From: Chrysomallon squamiferum
Lineage: Eukaryota; Animalia; Mollusca
Direction of reading: 5' to 3'
DNA: 64,000 bases
Assembly (NCBI GenBank): GCA_012295275.1
Contig: CM022670.1
Span: 33,790,001 to 33,854,000 of the forward strand
Numbering within the stretch: the stretch's first letter is position 1; each line of letters starts with the position of its first letter. A model generated the notes under the pieces. The model was given only the letters and a program-made list of their open reading frames with translations, was not told the DNA's origin and made no database searches. Both the position numbers and the translations under genes were made by a program. Of the stretch, positions 60,910-64,000 are shown piece by piece.

Positions 60910-61239
60910 AGGCTACACATCTAAATCTGACACCGTGATGTGGAACAATTATTCTTTAAAGACTGCAACATTTGTTTTTTCTCTCTGGGAAGGCTGAATA
61001 AAACAGAATCATCTGTTTCTATTCATAACATTTCTCAACCCAACTAGTGCCCCATATATCTCAGTGGCTATTTCTCCCACTTCCCTCTTGATCTCTACCT
61101 GAATTTGTTTGGATGCATTACGTACACTTTTTAAGTTTTATGTGCATATATATACAACTGATGACGAATATAATACTTATTGCATTTCATTTTTTAATTT
61201 AAGAAACAAAACAAAAAAATACACAAACATTTTTGAGTG

Positions 61240-61620
61240 CATATTCTTCAAAGAACAGTATGTGGTATCTACACTTTTCAAATTTTAAGTATATATCATT
61301 ATATGCCTACATTTGATGGTGAACCTAATAAGTTTTCCACTTTTCTAAATGTTTATATTTTAAATGTTTTTTGTTTTTTTTAATAATATATTCTTCAAAG
61401 TACAGTGTGAGGTATCTACCCGTAACAAATTTTAAATGTATACAGTTTATTGTGAATAGAACTGTTTCTAAATTTTCAACTTTTTATCTTTTATTATTAT
61501 TTTTTTAATTTAATGTATATTCTTTAGAGTACAGTAAGGGGTATGAATAGAACACTTTTTAAGTTTCAGGTATTAAACTGATTGTAAATATAATCATTTT
61601 TGAAAATTAACTTTTGTATT
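61240..61620. repeat. Three diverged ~140-bp tandem copies
   Basis: atattctt(c/t)a(a/g)ag(a/t)acagt..ggtat recurs at ~61241, ~61388 and ~61517. Confidence 0.65.
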
Positions 61621-62134
61621 TTTTGTTTTTGTTTTGTTATATACACTTACCAATTTGAAATATATGCATTAAATGAATTAACCAATCAAAACAAACATTT
61701 TATGTGTGTGTATATATATATAAATAACTCTTTATTAAATTGAAAGACTTTTGTATTAAACATCAATAAACATGAAAATAAAAACATTTTTCCATTAAAT
61801 ATACTTTAAAACAAAATGAGAAAATCATGTATTATGTCCTGCACAGAAATTGATACTGTATATATATATATTTAGTTTCAGTCTTTGTTTTATTCTAAGC
61901 TATAAAATATAACAAACCTTATTTAAATATTTGCCTTTAGTAACATTATAAAATATATGTTTTTCAAAAATCATGAGTTTTAATTTTTAATATTATGCAC
62001 AGTTAAAATTCATATAAATTACTGAATAATTATTACACAAATAAACTTTATAATTTATTAATTTATAAAATACAAAAGTCAAATTCATTACTGTTGCATA
62101 TTAATAAAACAATGTTTGAGCCAGGTAAAAGAAA

Positions 62135-63963
62135 TCATTTCTTTTTATCAACTAATGCTTTCAGTTTGCTTTTGTCAGTGGCAACACAAGTTATTTCATC
62201 CAATGCTTTTTCATCCTGCACTATGAATTTAAGAGTATTTCCATCAATACCTCGCTCTTCAATTTTCGTTATGGTTGTTGTATCCATAAATTTCTTGTTT
62301 TTCAGTAGATCAATTAGCTGGCTTACTGTTAAGTCAGTCACAACTGAAAGAACATTTGAAGAAAAAATACTGTTTAGTCTGTTATTTTTTTCCACTATAA
62401 AAAAATAAATAATATTCACACTAATTATATTTTTGCTGTCCAAAGTAAAAAGAAGTAATGTTCAGACTAATTTTTAAATGTTTTTTAATTCATTGGGTTG
62501 GAACAAAAAGGCCTGTAGTGTTTTTTCAATAGGCCACTTTAGACCATGTGATCACATTTCTGACATGACTGGAATATATTCTGAAGTATGAACAAATCAG
62601 TATATATGTGACTGAATAAATCTATGTGGAAAACTATATATTGTCTTTGAATTTTAGTTTAAAAATGCTATGAACTTTTATGCCAACCCAATTATTATTA
62701 TCATTACAACATGTCTTCAGATTAAGAAACAATCTGTCATTCAATTATGTCAAACTTCGAAAAATGTAAACATACACAAATGCTGATTTTTTAAAACATT
62801 ATCCAGTAAAATATTATTAAAATGAATTTATGTATGCATATATTTATTGAAATAAAATAAAATTAAAAAAAACCACACCCGACTGCTTTTCGTGAGCTTT
62901 CTGTTGTTTTGCTTCTTCTTTGTCATCACCATATGCTGAAAATCCACAAAATTTTGTTTAAAAGGAACAGATGAAACATCTACTAAATGCCAACAAATAA
63001 AGAGTGATAAAGCTGGAATTTGGAATGAATCAACTGAACTTGTGTGGCATATTTTAATATTACAAATACTCCCTGGTGTTCCCACTGAACTAATTTCCTG
63101 TTCCAGACACTGACAGAATCTGTGATAGGTGGTTTATACCTAAAACTAACTTCCATTATAAAACTTATTTTTCATACACAGATAAAGCCTGTCAGTAATG
63201 GCCACTCAAGGAACCACTCATAAGTGGATGCCATAGAGCTAAAACCCATAATAAAATACAATATGGCTGTTATAGGCAGGAGAAGATGGCCAGGACAAGT
63301 CTGACTGTGTGTGTATGGTTGTATAGGTGTATGTCATATACAGATAGATAGATAAGTATACATCTGAATAATATGAATTTGGCTATTAACTAATCAGTTA
63401 ACTGCAGTAAAACTTTTAAGAATAAAATCATTTAATATTAATAATTAATCAATAAATTTACTTAAAAAACCATCAAAAAAAACAAATTAGTAATGAATGT
63501 TACTGTTAAAACACAGATTAAAACACAGCGCTGGCTTGTCTTTAAAAAGCTCTGGTTTGTACATTCCTGTCAAGTGGGAAGACACATGTAAAATATCCCT
63601 TGCTGAAAATCATTAAAAGCATGTTATTGATTAAAGATGCAACCATTTATTCAATAGAAATAATGTTCAAACCTATAATAATTGTATTGTTGGAACATTG
63701 ACCTCCTGCAGCAACCACTCCCTTACAATTGATTAATGTCGTTACTCTTTTACCAGTGTCCTCTCCAGCATCACATACCGGTCCTTCTTCTACATTAATA
63801 TTAAATAATTTATTAATGAAAGGATATAAATGAAGGGATATAAATGAAAGTATGTATTGGTTCACTAAAGACAACAAAATAAAAGATGTTACCTTTTTTT
63901 TTTGGATTATATCTCCAACAGAGTTAACAAAGCTTTTCTTTTTTAAATAAGAGTGATAAGATA
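62135..63963 (-). CDS. 5'-truncated gene: unknown protein with an RHIM-like segment and a C-terminal SAM-like domain
   Basis: Putative exons (minus) 63963-63893, 63789-63673, 62935-62879, 62394-62135, with AG/GT boundaries. The last three join in frame via phase-1 introns. The terminal exon ..DLTVSQLIDLLKNKKFMDTTTITKIEERGIDGNTLKFIVQDEKALDEITCVATDKSKLKALV fits the SAM pattern (W/L-S/T-V-x2-V/L..IDG..L..L..KL). The first exon is out of phase by 1 nt at a T10 run. Confidence 0.6.
62493..62691. mobile_element. mariner-type MITE (~200 bp)
   Basis: Left end ttgggttggaacaaaaaggcctgtagtgtttttt. Reverse complement of the right end is ttgggttggcataaaagttcatagcattttt. These form ~30-bp imperfect TIRs of mariner style. 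Confidence 0.7.
63178..63308. mobile_element. Short Tc1/pogo-type MITE remnant
   Basis: Degenerate TIRs: acagataaagcctgtc..atggccac versus reverse-complemented right end acagtcagacttgtcctggccat. Confidence 0.45.
63525..63612 (+). mobile_element. Degenerate SINE core fragment
   Basis: tggtttgtacattcctgtcaagtgggaagacacatgtaaaatatcccttgctgaaaatc. Confidence 0.5.
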
Positions 63964-64000
63964 CTGAAATAATCCCAGTGGAATAAATGATTTTGTAATA

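Noticed and set aside
61155-61190. CTGATGA as a possible hammerhead ribozyme core
   Set aside because: No downstream stem II plus GAAA and no pairing for stems I and III. Other plus-strand CTGATGA occurrences I checked also lacked them.
62975-63035. Possible decayed duplicate of the 63963 exon (shared ttatcactct..tattt after an acceptor)
   Set aside because: The similarity is short and AT-rich, so it cannot be separated from chance without alignment statistics.

Overview
A very AT-rich, intron-containing animal genomic window with no prokaryotic features. Repeat content suggests a mollusc, possibly a gastropod (inference only). I assembled six complete multi-exon genes by hand from splice sites and reading frames: DPH5 (+, 12767-17513), NADK2 (-, 18666-23149), SLC30A7/ZnT7 (-, 29598-36006), PSMG3 (-, 38773-40211), TMEM14C (+, 40662-42329, head-to-head with PSMG3) and an uncharacterised DUF389 membrane protein (-, 48286-60394). 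The 3' part of a seventh gene (-, 62135 to beyond the window end) encodes an RHIM-like segment and a C-terminal SAM-like domain. Positions 1-12.5 kb hold no recognisable coding exon. Main points of interest: a non-canonical GG donor in NADK2; two MITEs collinear with the mammalian Tigger4/Zombi element as I recall it; the RHIM-like+SAM protein; a stop-first duplicated pseudo-exon in the DUF389 gene; DPH5-SLC30A7 microsynteny with vertebrates; and several structured minisatellites. All homology calls come from recalled sequences, not from database searches.
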